This document shows, piece by piece, positions 1 to 8,912 of a stretch of 64,000 bases of DNA (position 1 is its first letter; the number at the start of each line of letters is the position of its first letter). Under the pieces are notes generated by a model. It was not told the DNA's origin, ran no database searches, and worked only from the letters and a program-made list of their open reading frames with translations. The DNA lies in IMG/VR virus record IMGVR_UViG_3300032144_000002, positions 12,575 to 76,574 of that record; one strand, written 5' to 3'. The translations under genes were made by a program, and so were the position numbers. Source of the stretch: a virus. Lineage: Duplodnaviria > Heunggongvirae > Uroviricota > Caudoviricetes.

Positions 1-88
1 TAAAGCGAATGCACCCACTCATACGCGATCTGAAACGTCGTGGCGTGACGCTCATCAACGCTACGCGCTCAACCATGATCCCAGAGAA

Positions 89-865
89 ATGGGTGCCAAG
101 AGTCACCGTGGAGAATATCGCATGGTAGGGTTCCAGAGAGGGCAGGCTGCGCGTGCTGTCAGCACGATTATACGCAACAGACTTCGCGCTGATCGCGAGT
201 CGATGAAAATGAAGGCTTTCGAGAAGTATCGCCCAGACTGGGACTGGAAAGGAATGGCCGGTAGCGCAGCGTGCATCAAGTGGTGCTTCAGGGATTTGGA
301 AAACCTTGATGCGGCGCTGCAATTGTTCAGTGGTCGTAACGTAGCTGTGCAAGCTGGCGGTAACATCGGGATCTTTGCCAAGCGCCTAGCTGAGGAATTC
401 GAGGCTGTCCACACCTTTGAGCCTGATGATCTGCTATTTGAGCAGATGCGACTCAACGTACCTGAGAAGAATGTCGCGATGTATAAAGCTGCGCTTGGCG
501 ATCGTAGGGACGGTGTTCAGATGCGCTGCACGCGCCGTGATAATTCCGGGCGCGCGGTGCATGAGGGTCTGACACATGTCGCTGGCCCCGGCAATACGCC
601 GCAGATGTTGATTGATGATCTCGGTCTTAGGGCGTGCAATCTGATATATCTGGATATCGAAGGTTACGAGCTTCGTGCCCTGCACGGCGCTGCCGAAACT
701 ATCGCCGCGTATCGGCCGGTGATCGCAGTAGAGATCAATGGCGCCAGCGCGCACTATGGTTCCAGTAGGGATCAGATACGAGACTTCTTCGCGCGCCATA
801 ACTACGTGATGCGACTGGCACAGCATAGCGACGAGGTGTACGTTCCATGGGGGCTCGGAAAATGA
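89..865 (+). CDS. FkbM-family SAM-dependent methyltransferase; reading frame is open to window start so it may be 5'-partial
   Basis: Motif VAVQAGGNIGIFAKRLAEEF resembles the glycine-rich SAM loop of FkbM/Methyltransf_21 proteins; 258 aa from first ATG; no stop codon upstream in frame. Confidence 0.55.
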   Translation: MGAKSHRGEYRMVGFQRGQAARAVSTIIRNRLRADRESMKMKAFEKYRPDWDWKGMAGSAACIKWCFRDLENLDAALQLFSGRNVAVQAGGNIGIFAKRLAEEFEAVHTFEPDDLLFEQMRLNVPEKNVAMYKAALGDRRDGVQMRCTRRDNSGRAVHEGLTHVAGPGNTPQMLIDDLGLRACNLIYLDIEGYELRALHGAAETIAAYRPVIAVEINGASAHYGSSRDQIRDFFARHNYVMRLAQHSDEVYVPWGLGK

Positions 866-1617
866 CCAGAGACCTCTACACTGAAGCACGCTATCGCGAA
901 CTGTTTGATTTCGCGCGCATGTTTGAGTATCCGGTTGTGGACGAGATAGAGCGACGCATCGGCTATTCTGTGAGCCGTGAGTGGCTGGACGAGGCAGCGC
1001 GCGTACTGAACTGTCCGGTTAAGGTCAACCCGCCTAACTGGCAGCATGGGCGTGTGATCTACGCCTACTTGCGCATGGTACTAGCCAATCGTGCGCCAGA
1101 TGACGGCGCTAACCCGGAAGTATTCTTGGACATCGGCACCGCAAAAGGATTTTCCGCGTGCGTGATGGCAAAGGCCATCGCTGACAGTGGCTCGGAGTGG
1201 GCTGATGTACCAGTGCACACAGTTGACGTGATCGACCCGAACGCAAGAGTTCGCCGTAATACCGTGGTCGAACTGTCAGGGTTGAAAACGCTGTATGAGA
1301 CAATGGAATCTTTCATGCCAGAAGGCATCAAGATCATCGCATCCGGTGCTGGGTCTGCGGAACTTCTTACCGGCCTGCGCAACATGCGCGTCCAAATTCC
1401 GTTTGCGTTTGTGGACGGTAAGCATGCGCGCGCAGTCGTGAAGATGGAAGGCGAGGCTATCTACGACATGCAGCGTCCGGGTGACGTAGTTCTTTTCGAC
1501 GACTGCCAGATAAGCGAAGTCATGGCTGGTGTTCGTGATCTGCAGAGGCGACACTACGAGGTAGAGTTCATCGATATCGGGCCGCGCACTTACGGCCTCG
1601 GCACGAGACTATCATGA
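847..1617 (+). CDS. Class I SAM-dependent O-methyltransferase (TylF/MycF/CmcI-like sugar O-methyltransferase family)
   Basis: FLDIGTAKGFSACVMAKAI SAM-binding segment and FAFVDGKHARAVV metal/substrate motif typical of macrocin-O-methyltransferase-like enzymes; overlaps the upstream gene by 19 nt. Confidence 0.55.
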   Translation: MGARKMTRDLYTEARYRELFDFARMFEYPVVDEIERRIGYSVSREWLDEAARVLNCPVKVNPPNWQHGRVIYAYLRMVLANRAPDDGANPEVFLDIGTAKGFSACVMAKAIADSGSEWADVPVHTVDVIDPNARVRRNTVVELSGLKTLYETMESFMPEGIKIIASGAGSAELLTGLRNMRVQIPFAFVDGKHARAVVKMEGEAIYDMQRPGDVVLFDDCQISEVMAGVRDLQRRHYEVEFIDIGPRTYGLGTRLS

Positions 1618-2279
1618 AACCTATTGTGTCATGCGTGCTGGTAAGAGGTAATGTGCCCTACTCGCCGCTCTACGTCCACAGATTGCGTTCGATGGCGGCG
1701 CGGCACATTGCCGGCGACTTCGATTTCCTGTGCCTAACCGACCAGCCGGAAGCATTCGACAACCTGAATATTCTGACGCATAGAATACCGACGCCGCTGC
1801 CGAGCGTGTTTGGCTGGTGGTCAAAGCTGTACCTGTTCTCGCCGGAGGTTCAGCAGCTGCAGATGAAGCGTCGCTGCTTGTATCTCGATCTCGACGTGAT
1901 AGTGATGCGCTCACTGATGCCAATCATTGACAGTACGGACAAGTTCTTGCTGGCGCCAGACGACGCGCCGAACTTTCTTGGTAAGGGCAAGCGCGTTACG
2001 GTCAAGCGATACAACTCATCCGTGATGGCGTGGAACGGCGGCGAGCAGAATGACTTGTTCACAGAGTTCAGATTCGCAGTTACGCATCGTCTGTGGGGAG
2101 ACCAAGACTGGATCGGGGAGCGGCGCACGGATGCAACGGTCATGCCGAAGGCGTGGTTTCCACGCTTGTCACAGTGCGGTAACGAACGACCAAACGAAGC
2201 GGTCGTGCTGCTGTGCAAGAAGCCAAAGCCGCACCTTGCAGTATCGGTGTATCCGTGGGTCAGGGAGGCATGGGTCTGA
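1614..2279 (+). CDS. DXD-motif glycosyltransferase-like protein (GT-A, OCH1/GT32-like), paralog A
   Basis: WWSKLYLFS...CLYLDLDVIVMRSLMPII; clear paralog of ORF 3031-3783 (shared FxCLTDxP, LDLDxV, YPWV motifs); ATGA overlap with upstream gene. Confidence 0.4.
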   Translation: MKPIVSCVLVRGNVPYSPLYVHRLRSMAARHIAGDFDFLCLTDQPEAFDNLNILTHRIPTPLPSVFGWWSKLYLFSPEVQQLQMKRRCLYLDLDVIVMRSLMPIIDSTDKFLLAPDDAPNFLGKGKRVTVKRYNSSVMAWNGGEQNDLFTEFRFAVTHRLWGDQDWIGERRTDATVMPKAWFPRLSQCGNERPNEAVVLLCKKPKPHLAVSVYPWVREAWV

Positions 2280-3034
2280 TGGGCGCTCCAGGTTTCGATG
2301 ACGCACCGATGTTTGAGAGCAGCGAAGCGTGTCTGCCCAGACCCATGACTCTCATTTATCCGTATTACGAGAACCCGAAGTTCCTTCGGCGTCAGATTGA
2401 CGGCTGGTCTTCGCTACCGTCCTACTGCCAGAAGTTGATCAGGGTGATCGTTGTTGATGATGGCTCACCGAAGAATCCAGCGTTGTCGGTTCTTGCTGAG
2501 CTGTCTGGGCTGGAGTTCAACCTGTCGCTGTACCGTATAGAGGTGGACGTGCGTTGGAACTGGCTGGCCGCGCGAAACATCGGAGCGCATCACGCGCCTA
2601 GTGGCTGGTGCGTGTTCACTGACATGGACCATGTTCTGCCAGAACGAACCATCGACGTGCTCGCAAACCGAGTCTACGACCCGAACGCCATCTATAGGTT
2701 CAGCAGAGAAGAGCATACTGGCGCGGTCATTCATCCGCACCCGAATTCCATGTTCATGACCAAGGACATGTTCTGGAAAGTTGGCGGGTACGATGAGGCG
2801 TTGTCTGGGCACTATGGCACCGACGGTGACTGGCGTCGACGCTGCGCCGCTACCGCCAAAGTCTTTACGCTGCGCCAGCCGCTAATCCGTCATGAGTATC
2901 AAGGCGATAGCTCGACCGTCGACTATCTTCGCAAGCAGCCGCAAGATGCCGCCAAGAAGGCAATCATCAAGACTCGTAAGCCCGGCTGGCGTCCGAAGAC
3001 GCTCAGCTTCCCATATCATCAGGTGGCGCTATGA
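2213..3034 (+). CDS. Family 2 glycosyltransferase (GT-A); true start probably internal (ATG near 2306 or 2342)
   Basis: IRVIVVDDGSPKNP ... NIGAHHA ... FTDMDH (DXD) is the classic GT2 signature. Confidence 0.7.
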   Translation: MQEAKAAPCSIGVSVGQGGMGLMGAPGFDDAPMFESSEACLPRPMTLIYPYYENPKFLRRQIDGWSSLPSYCQKLIRVIVVDDGSPKNPALSVLAELSGLEFNLSLYRIEVDVRWNWLAARNIGAHHAPSGWCVFTDMDHVLPERTIDVLANRVYDPNAIYRFSREEHTGAVIHPHPNSMFMTKDMFWKVGGYDEALSGHYGTDGDWRRRCAATAKVFTLRQPLIRHEYQGDSSTVDYLRKQPQDAAKKAIIKTRKPGWRPKTLSFPYHQVAL

Positions 3035-3783
3035 GTGAAGTGATAGACATCCTGTGGTGGAAGTGGAACAAGCCGGGGTATCGCTCGTCTTACGACGGTA
3101 ATACGGTCAACACCGCTATGAACATGATAGATCGGCACCTGTCGCTGCCGCATCGCTTCACATGCGTGACAGATGACCCGAGCGGCATCAGTGAGCGCGT
3201 GCGTGTCGTTGATATTCGGTCTCTGCCGTCGTACGCATGGATGAACGTGCCGAACCCGAGCAACGCTCGAAACCCGAGCTGTTACGTGCGTCTGTTCTTG
3301 TTCAGCGCTGCCGCGAAAGAGCTCTTTGGAGACCGCGTACTAAGCGTTGATCTTGATCTCGTCGTTACTGGTGACATGTCGCCGATAGTGTCGCGGGCCG
3401 AGGACTTCGTTATGTGGGGCGGTCAGGCGCTTGGTCCGGGGAAACTCGGCGCGTACAATTGGGTCAACGGTAGCGTGCAGCTTCTAAGAACTGGGACTCG
3501 CCAGAAAGTGTTCGACACGTTCAACCCGAGAGTATCGCCGCTAAAGGCGCACATGTCCGGCTGTCGCGGATCGGATCAGGGATGGATTGCGCATTGTCTG
3601 GGTAAGGAAGCGATCACCACGTTCGGCATGGAAGAAGGGATCCACTCGTTCAGAAATCATATCGTGCCTAACAAGGGACGGTTGTTTGAGAACACGAAGA
3701 TCGTGGCGTTCCATGGCAAGCATGACCCTTGGCACAGAGAAGTGCAGGTCGCTTATCCTTGGGTCAAGGAGCACTACCGATGA
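3031..3783 (+). CDS. DXD-motif glycosyltransferase-like protein, paralog B
   Basis: FTCVTDDP...VRLFLFS...VLSVDLDLVVTGDMSPIV aligns along the full length with ORF 1614-2279. Confidence 0.4.
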   Translation: MSEVIDILWWKWNKPGYRSSYDGNTVNTAMNMIDRHLSLPHRFTCVTDDPSGISERVRVVDIRSLPSYAWMNVPNPSNARNPSCYVRLFLFSAAAKELFGDRVLSVDLDLVVTGDMSPIVSRAEDFVMWGGQALGPGKLGAYNWVNGSVQLLRTGTRQKVFDTFNPRVSPLKAHMSGCRGSDQGWIAHCLGKEAITTFGMEEGIHSFRNHIVPNKGRLFENTKIVAFHGKHDPWHREVQVAYPWVKEHYR

Positions 3784-3805
3784 GCAAACCAAAGCCGTCA
3801 AAGCC

Positions 3806-4249
3806 ATGCGCTCTGTGCAAGAAAGCAAGGGCTATGTTCAACAGGATGATGCGCCCACGCAAGGAGAAGAAGTCGTGACTCAGGCTGGTGAGTTTCGCGA
3901 GGTCATCGACATCCAACTGCCTGTCGAAACACAGGACACCGCTGGACAGATGGATACTGCCTATGAGAATCTCTACACTGGCGTTCGCGCTGGCATAGTG
4001 GCGCTCAGTGGCAGAGAGTATCAAGCCGCGATGCAGATCAATGCGGAAATCACCACGCGAATAAAGATTCGCTACCGCCGAGGGATCGTCTCCAACTGTC
4101 GGATTCTCCACACGATTGAAGATGACTCACCGCCGACTATCGAAGTGTACGACGTGCTGGCGGTGCTTCCTGATCCAGTCAGTGGGCGTCGGTACTTGAA
4201 CCTGATGTGCGCGCGCAGATTTTCAGATGGGTGGCGACATGGCGAATGA
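3806..4249 (+). CDS. Phage head-tail adaptor / head closure protein; start chosen at internal ATG because the listed ORF 3587-4249 runs spuriously upstream through the preceding gene
   Basis: QDTAGQMDTAYENLYTGVRAGIVALSGREYQAAMQINAEITTRIKIRYRRGI...YDVLAV matches the HK97/SPP1-type head-tail joining family; about 147 aa. Confidence 0.65.
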   Translation: MRSVQESKGYVQQDDAPTQGEEVVTQAGEFREVIDIQLPVETQDTAGQMDTAYENLYTGVRAGIVALSGREYQAAMQINAEITTRIKIRYRRGIVSNCRILHTIEDDSPPTIEVYDVLAVLPDPVSGRRYLNLMCARRFSDGWRHGE

Positions 4250-4721
4250 GCACGTTGAAGGCGCAGAAGTCCTTAAACAGGCGCTAAAAGAACTCGGTGA
4301 TATGAAGTCCTCGGACTGGAAAAGCACGCTGCGTGCTGCGGTCCGAGTGCCAATGATGCGCGTGCGAAAGCAAGCGATAGCCAATCTTTCTGCCATTTCT
4401 CCCGGCAAGACTCCGATCCATAGAACGTACCTCGGCCGCGAGGTGACTGCCGGGTTTGCGGTGCGTAGCGTTGCGTTGGTGGTAAAGCTGTTTCCTGCAA
4501 AGGGAGTTGTTAGCGCGATTCTAGGCGTCAAGAAAGAAGCGTTCTACGCGCTGTCTTTCTTCGAGCTTGGTACGTCAACTATTCCGCGACATCCGTGGCT
4601 GGCGCCGGCGCTCGAAGCTAGCACTGACAGTTCTATCAAAGAAGTTGGCGAAGCGATGCGTCGAAGGATTAACCAGATCGCCAAGAAACGTAATGCGCAG
4701 ACAAAGGGAGCCAAGCGATGA
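4239..4721 (+). CDS. HK97 gp10-family phage protein (head-tail connector component)
   Basis: FYALSFFELGTSTIPRHPWL is the hallmark of HK97 gp10 family; ATG 4239 has GGTGG Shine-Dalgarno and overlaps adaptor stop (the listed ATG at 4227 is an alternative). Confidence 0.65.
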   Translation: MANEHVEGAEVLKQALKELGDMKSSDWKSTLRAAVRVPMMRVRKQAIANLSAISPGKTPIHRTYLGREVTAGFAVRSVALVVKLFPAKGVVSAILGVKKEAFYALSFFELGTSTIPRHPWLAPALEASTDSSIKEVGEAMRRRINQIAKKRNAQTKGAKR

Positions 4722-5125
4722 TCGAAGCGGCGCTTGCCAGTTTCTTGCGTGAGGATGCCGCTGTGGCAGCGTTGCTGACAGTTGGCGAACACTCGCGAAT
4801 CTTTCCGCTCGTCATACCACAGAAGATCGCCGGTCGTCCGCAGGTCCCGTGTCTTGTGTACGCTGTCACCGGGGAGAACAGGAATAAGACGTTCTGTGGA
4901 ACGATTGGGCTGTCTGAGATTATCGTTGCCTTAGATAGCTATGCCAGCACTGTACTGGCCGCGCGCAATCTTAGCAACGTCGTGCGCGCTGCGTTGCTGG
5001 ATTATCGCGGCGCGATGGGATCGTTCAATGTCAAGGATGTGTCTTTGATCAGTAGCATAGTGTTGCCGGACATGGACCCCGGCTTGTTCAGAGTTTCGGA
5101 TACCGTTTCAATCTGGTGCGAATAG
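4718..5125 (+). CDS. Tail completion / tail terminator protein (DUF3168-like)
   Basis: Size (135 aa), position between gp10-like and major tail protein, ATGA overlap; sequence resembles DUF3168 tail component. Confidence 0.5.
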   Translation: MIEAALASFLREDAAVAALLTVGEHSRIFPLVIPQKIAGRPQVPCLVYAVTGENRNKTFCGTIGLSEIIVALDSYASTVLAARNLSNVVRAALLDYRGAMGSFNVKDVSLISSIVLPDMDPGLFRVSDTVSIWCE

Positions 5126-5135
5126 GAGTAAAGCG

Positions 5136-5588
5136 ATGAATACGTTGATTGGTAATGACTGGAAGGTTCAGATCGGAAACGAGGATTCCCCGCCAGTGTT
5201 CTCGGACCTGTGCGCGGCGTTCGACTTCGGCTCGATCGGTGAAGAGAAGCCGCTCGTAGACGTCACCACTTACTGTGATGATGCTCGCTCCTACCGCAAT
5301 GGTCTGGCGGATGGCGTCGAGATTCCTCTGCAGCTCAACTATGTGGAAGGCGACGTACTGGCCAAGCAGCTCTACGACGCGTACTCCAACGACGAGCTGG
5401 TGCTCATCAGAATTCTGAAGAAGGCTGGCGCAGATGATTCGCCGGAAGAAGAGCCAGTGTACTTCGAGTTCGCTGCTACCGTGCGCGCGTGGAACGTTAC
5501 CGGTCCGATCGGCGAGAAGAGCGTGCTCACCTTCACGCTGAAGGTATCTGGTCGCGTCAATTGGGTCACGGCAACCGAGGAAGAGTGA
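5136..5588 (+). CDS. Major tail (tube) protein
   Basis: 150-aa acidic protein immediately upstream of chaperone G/T and tape measure; canonical position in HK97/GTA-type modules. Confidence 0.55.
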   Translation: MNTLIGNDWKVQIGNEDSPPVFSDLCAAFDFGSIGEEKPLVDVTTYCDDARSYRNGLADGVEIPLQLNYVEGDVLAKQLYDAYSNDELVLIRILKKAGADDSPEEEPVYFEFAATVRAWNVTGPIGEKSVLTFTLKVSGRVNWVTATEEE

Positions 5589-5589
5589 G

Positions 5590-5913
5590 ATGATCGACAA
5601 GAGCAAACTTCTGGCTGACGCTGCAGCACTCCGCACCGATACGGTCGTCATCGAGGGACAGACGTTGACCGTGCGCGAGTTCGCTGCGGATGCGTTCGCG
5701 GAGTATGGCGCGGCTGCCGATGCTGGCAAGAAAGCGCAGTTCGCTATCGCCATCAAGGCGTGCGTGATCGATGAGGAAGGGAACGAAGTGTTTACCGCAG
5801 AAGAGGCTGCGGTCATGGCGCGCACTACGCGTACTTCCATGAAGATCATCAACAAGGTCATGGAACTCAGCGGCTTCAAGGAGGATACCGAAAAACATTC
5901 TGACGCCGGCTGA
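5590..5913 (+). CDS. Tail assembly chaperone (gpG-like)
   Basis: 107-aa acidic protein between major tail protein and tape measure; followed by overlapping T-frame ORF. Confidence 0.6.
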   Translation: MIDKSKLLADAAALRTDTVVIEGQTLTVREFAADAFAEYGAAADAGKKAQFAIAIKACVIDEEGNEVFTAEEAAVMARTTRTSMKIINKVMELSGFKEDTEKHSDAG

Positions 5914-6286
5914 GCTCTTCGACCTTCGGCTGGCGTCTTTACATGGGTATCTGGACATCGACGTTATGAAGGCGTCGATGTCTCAGAGAATGTATGTTCT
6001 GTGGCAGCGGTACTACGAGCAGGAGCCTTGGGGGCCATGGAGAGACAACGTGCACACGGCGTTGATTGCAGCGGAAGTGCGTCGAGTCTGGCAGCGACCG
6101 CGCTCGCATCCGAAGCTGTCGGATTTTATGGTGCGAAGTCCGCTAGAGCGCACTGCCGACGTTGAGAAAGCTCTGTTCACAGTTCTTCGTAACATGGCTA
6201 CTACTGTCTCGCCGAAAGAGTCGCAGCGGTTGTTGAGCGCGCACATGAAGAAGCGGCGCATGCGTAAGAGGAGAAATGGAAAGTGA
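5894..6286 (+). CDS. T-extension of tail assembly chaperone, +1 (or -2) frame relative to G; expected to be expressed only as G-T fusion by programmed frameshift near GAAAAAC (about 5890-5896)
   Basis: +1 frame is open from about 5882 through 6286 (MKASMSQRMYVLW... track ORF 5966-6286) and ends in ATGA overlap with tape measure start; A-rich slippery run 18 nt before G stop. Confidence 0.4.
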   Translation, partial: NILTPAELFDLRLASLHGYLDIDVMKASMSQRMYVLWQRYYEQEPWGPWRDNVHTALIAAEVRRVWQRPRSHPKLSDFMVRSPLERTADVEKALFTVLRNMATTVSPKESQRLLSAHMKKRRMRKRRNGK

Positions 6287-8307
6287 CAGATCTTGCAAAG
6301 CTGGTCGTAAGACTAGAAGCTCAGACTGCACAGTACATGCAGCAGCTCGATGCCGCGACTAAGAAGCTGGACAAGTTTACCAAGCAGACCAATGTGTCAG
6401 CGAAGAATATCGCGGCTGGGGTGGCTGCGGCAGCAGTGGGGGCTGCTACCGCATTCGCAGCGATGGGTAAAGCTGCGATTGACAATGCTGACAAGCTCTA
6501 TAAGATGTCGCAGTCTACTGGCGTCAGTGTTGAGGCACTGTCTCAGCTAGAGTATGTTGCTGATCTGTCTGGGTCGTCAGCTGACGACTTGAGTAAGTCA
6601 CTTGCCAAACTGTCACGTAACGCAGTTGAAGCTGCGAAGGGGGCTGCCGCTCCCGCTGAGGCATTCGATCAGTTGGGTATCGCGGTTGAAGGCGCTGATG
6701 GCAAGATCCGGAACACGGAAGATCTGCTGCTTGATGTAGCGGACAAGTTCTCAAAGATGGAAGATGGGGCTGCCAAGTCTGCGCTGGCGATGGAGATATT
6801 CGGTAAGTCTGGCGTGCAGTTGATCCCATTTCTTAATCAGGGAAGAGCCGGTATCGAAGCACTCAAGAAAGAGGCAGACGCGTTCGGGCTTACGATCGGT
6901 ACTGATGCGGCGCAAGCTGCCGAAGTATTCAACGATAATCTTTCCCGTGTACAAGCGGCCGGCAAGGGTCTGGCTAACCAGTTCATCCAAGAGAATATCC
7001 CGATGTTGACGTCGCTGTCACAGCGACTCGTAGAATCTGCCAAGTCTGGCGGAGCGCTGCATGCGTCGGTGATGTTGCTGAGCGGCGTCTTTAAGACACT
7101 GGTATCTGCTGGTGCCATCGTCGGGGCTGTGTTTCAGAACCTCGGCCGTGTGATTTACGGCGTAGGCGCGGCCATCGTGCGCGTTGCCCAAGGCGAGTTC
7201 AAGCTGGCGATGGGCGAGCTCAAAGACGCTTTTGGTGACGTAGGAAACAACGTTGAGGAGACTGCATCATTCATAGCCGATGTGTGGGCTGAGAATGTGC
7301 AGACAGTGTCTACTGCCGCCAAGGCTGTTGACCAGGATTTGAAGGAGACCATTTTCTTCAACGACAAGAAAGCGGAAGATGCCGCCAAGAAAGCTGCTGA
7401 GGCAGCGTCGCGATCACTGACCGATATGATTGCTGACCTGACGCAGCAGATCGAAACATTTGGTATGGCTGAGGGCGCAATTATTCGCTATCGGTTAGCG
7501 CACGGCGACCTTGCAGAAGCAGTACGTCTTTCCGGCGAGGCTGGCGCGTACTACGCTCAGAATATTATCGCGCTGACAGATGCCACGGTCAGACAGACTG
7601 AAGCTGAAGAGGCTAACAAGAAGGCTCAGGAAGACATCAATGCGCTGATGTCAGAAGGCGCTTCTTTGACTGAGTCTCTGCGAACGCCGACTGAAGAATA
7701 CGCTGACACCATACAGAGGTTGAACGAGTTGCTCGATGCGGGCGCGATTAGTGCCGATACCTACTACAGGGCGCAAGGCGAGGCAAAGGAAGCTTTTGAC
7801 GATGCCTCTAAGGTACATAACAAGTTCCTTGAAGAGGCTAACAAGAATGCTGTATCAATACTCGGCGATGGTCTGTACACTGCCGTCAATGATGGGATGA
7901 AGCGCGGGGTCAAAGGAGCTGCGCAAGCATTCGCAGACATGCTCACCAGACTGGCCGCTGAAGCTGCCGCCGCTAGCTTGATGAAGAAGCTCTTCGGTAG
8001 TGAAGGTATCGGTAGTGGCGGTGGTCTGCTCGGCGCCGGCATTGATTTCGTCGGCGGCTTGTTCAGAGACACCGGCGGGCGCGGACAAAAGGGTCGCCCA
8101 TACATGATTGGAACTGGTGCTCAGCCAGAAATGTTTGTACCAGATACCGCTGGCGAGTTTTATCCGGCCGACCAGTGGATGGGTATGGGCGGCCGCGCGC
8201 TGACCCAGAATATCTACGTACCGGAGCGTCTCTCCAGCAGAAGCGCGCGGCAGCTAGCGCTGGATTCTTCACGCGGCCAGCGTATCGCCGCCAGACTTGG
8301 AGGCTAG
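6283..8307 (+). CDS. Tail tape measure protein (674 aa)
   Basis: Ala/Gly/Gln-rich alpha-helical protein with N-terminal coiled coil, TM-like central segment, directly downstream of G/T chaperone. Confidence 0.85.
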   Translation: MTDLAKLVVRLEAQTAQYMQQLDAATKKLDKFTKQTNVSAKNIAAGVAAAAVGAATAFAAMGKAAIDNADKLYKMSQSTGVSVEALSQLEYVADLSGSSADDLSKSLAKLSRNAVEAAKGAAAPAEAFDQLGIAVEGADGKIRNTEDLLLDVADKFSKMEDGAAKSALAMEIFGKSGVQLIPFLNQGRAGIEALKKEADAFGLTIGTDAAQAAEVFNDNLSRVQAAGKGLANQFIQENIPMLTSLSQRLVESAKSGGALHASVMLLSGVFKTLVSAGAIVGAVFQNLGRVIYGVGAAIVRVAQGEFKLAMGELKDAFGDVGNNVEETASFIADVWAENVQTVSTAAKAVDQDLKETIFFNDKKAEDAAKKAAEAASRSLTDMIADLTQQIETFGMAEGAIIRYRLAHGDLAEAVRLSGEAGAYYAQNIIALTDATVRQTEAEEANKKAQEDINALMSEGASLTESLRTPTEEYADTIQRLNELLDAGAISADTYYRAQGEAKEAFDDASKVHNKFLEEANKNAVSILGDGLYTAVNDGMKRGVKGAAQAFADMLTRLAAEAAAASLMKKLFGSEGIGSGGGLLGAGIDFVGGLFRDTGGRGQKGRPYMIGTGAQPEMFVPDTAGEFYPADQWMGMGGRALTQNIYVPERLSSRSARQLALDSSRGQRIAARLGG

Positions 8308-8309
8308 CC

Positions 8310-8912
8310 ATGAGCTTCTTGAACGCGCGTCTTCTTGAGTGCGTTACTTTCGGTACAAGCGGTGGACCAACATGGTTCACTAGGAAGGTATCGCTTCGGT
8401 CAGGGGTCACGCGCCGCAACGCCAATCGTGCGATGCCGTTGTATAGATATTCTGTCCTGTACAGGAACCTTCTTCCGGAATTCCATCAGGCTGTAATAGA
8501 CGCGTATAATGCTTGCCTCGGCGGTGTGCATTCTTTCAGATTCAAGGACTGGGCTGATTTCGAAGCCGATGAAGAAGTGCTACCAGACATCGGAACTGGC
8601 AGCGCGCAGGAAGTTCAGCTCTACAAAGCCTACACTTTTGGTGGCGAAACTTTGTATCGTAGAATACGGAAGCCGGTGCCCGGTACGGTCACGATGTATG
8701 CCGACGGAGTTGAAATACCGGCGACGGTGGATTACGATACTGGCGTCGTTACGCTCACAGCGACTATCGGCGACGTTCTGTCGTGGAGCGGTGAGTTCGA
8801 TGTTCCAGTCATGTTTGAGGACGACGAGCTGCAGTTCTCTGGCGATGACAAGGGAGTTGGCGGCCTGTTCCTGACAAGCAACGTTGCGCTTTGCGAGGAT
8901 ATCGCAGTATGA
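8310..8912 (+). CDS. Distal tail protein, DUF2460 (GTA ORFg12-like)
   Basis: MSFLNARLLECVTFGTSGGPTWFTRKV matches the conserved N-terminus of TIGR02217/DUF2460 phage proteins; start ATG 8310 two nt after tape measure stop (track ORF 8175 starts spuriously upstream). Confidence 0.7.
   Translation: MSFLNARLLECVTFGTSGGPTWFTRKVSLRSGVTRRNANRAMPLYRYSVLYRNLLPEFHQAVIDAYNACLGGVHSFRFKDWADFEADEEVLPDIGTGSAQEVQLYKAYTFGGETLYRRIRKPVPGTVTMYADGVEIPATVDYDTGVVTLTATIGDVLSWSGEFDVPVMFEDDELQFSGDDKGVGGLFLTSNVALCEDIAV

Noticed and set aside
3587-4249. Long form of head-tail adaptor ORF beginning at 3587
   Set aside because: Upstream 70 codons overlap glycosyltransferase gene 3031-3783 in another frame; conserved adaptor domain begins after internal ATG 3806
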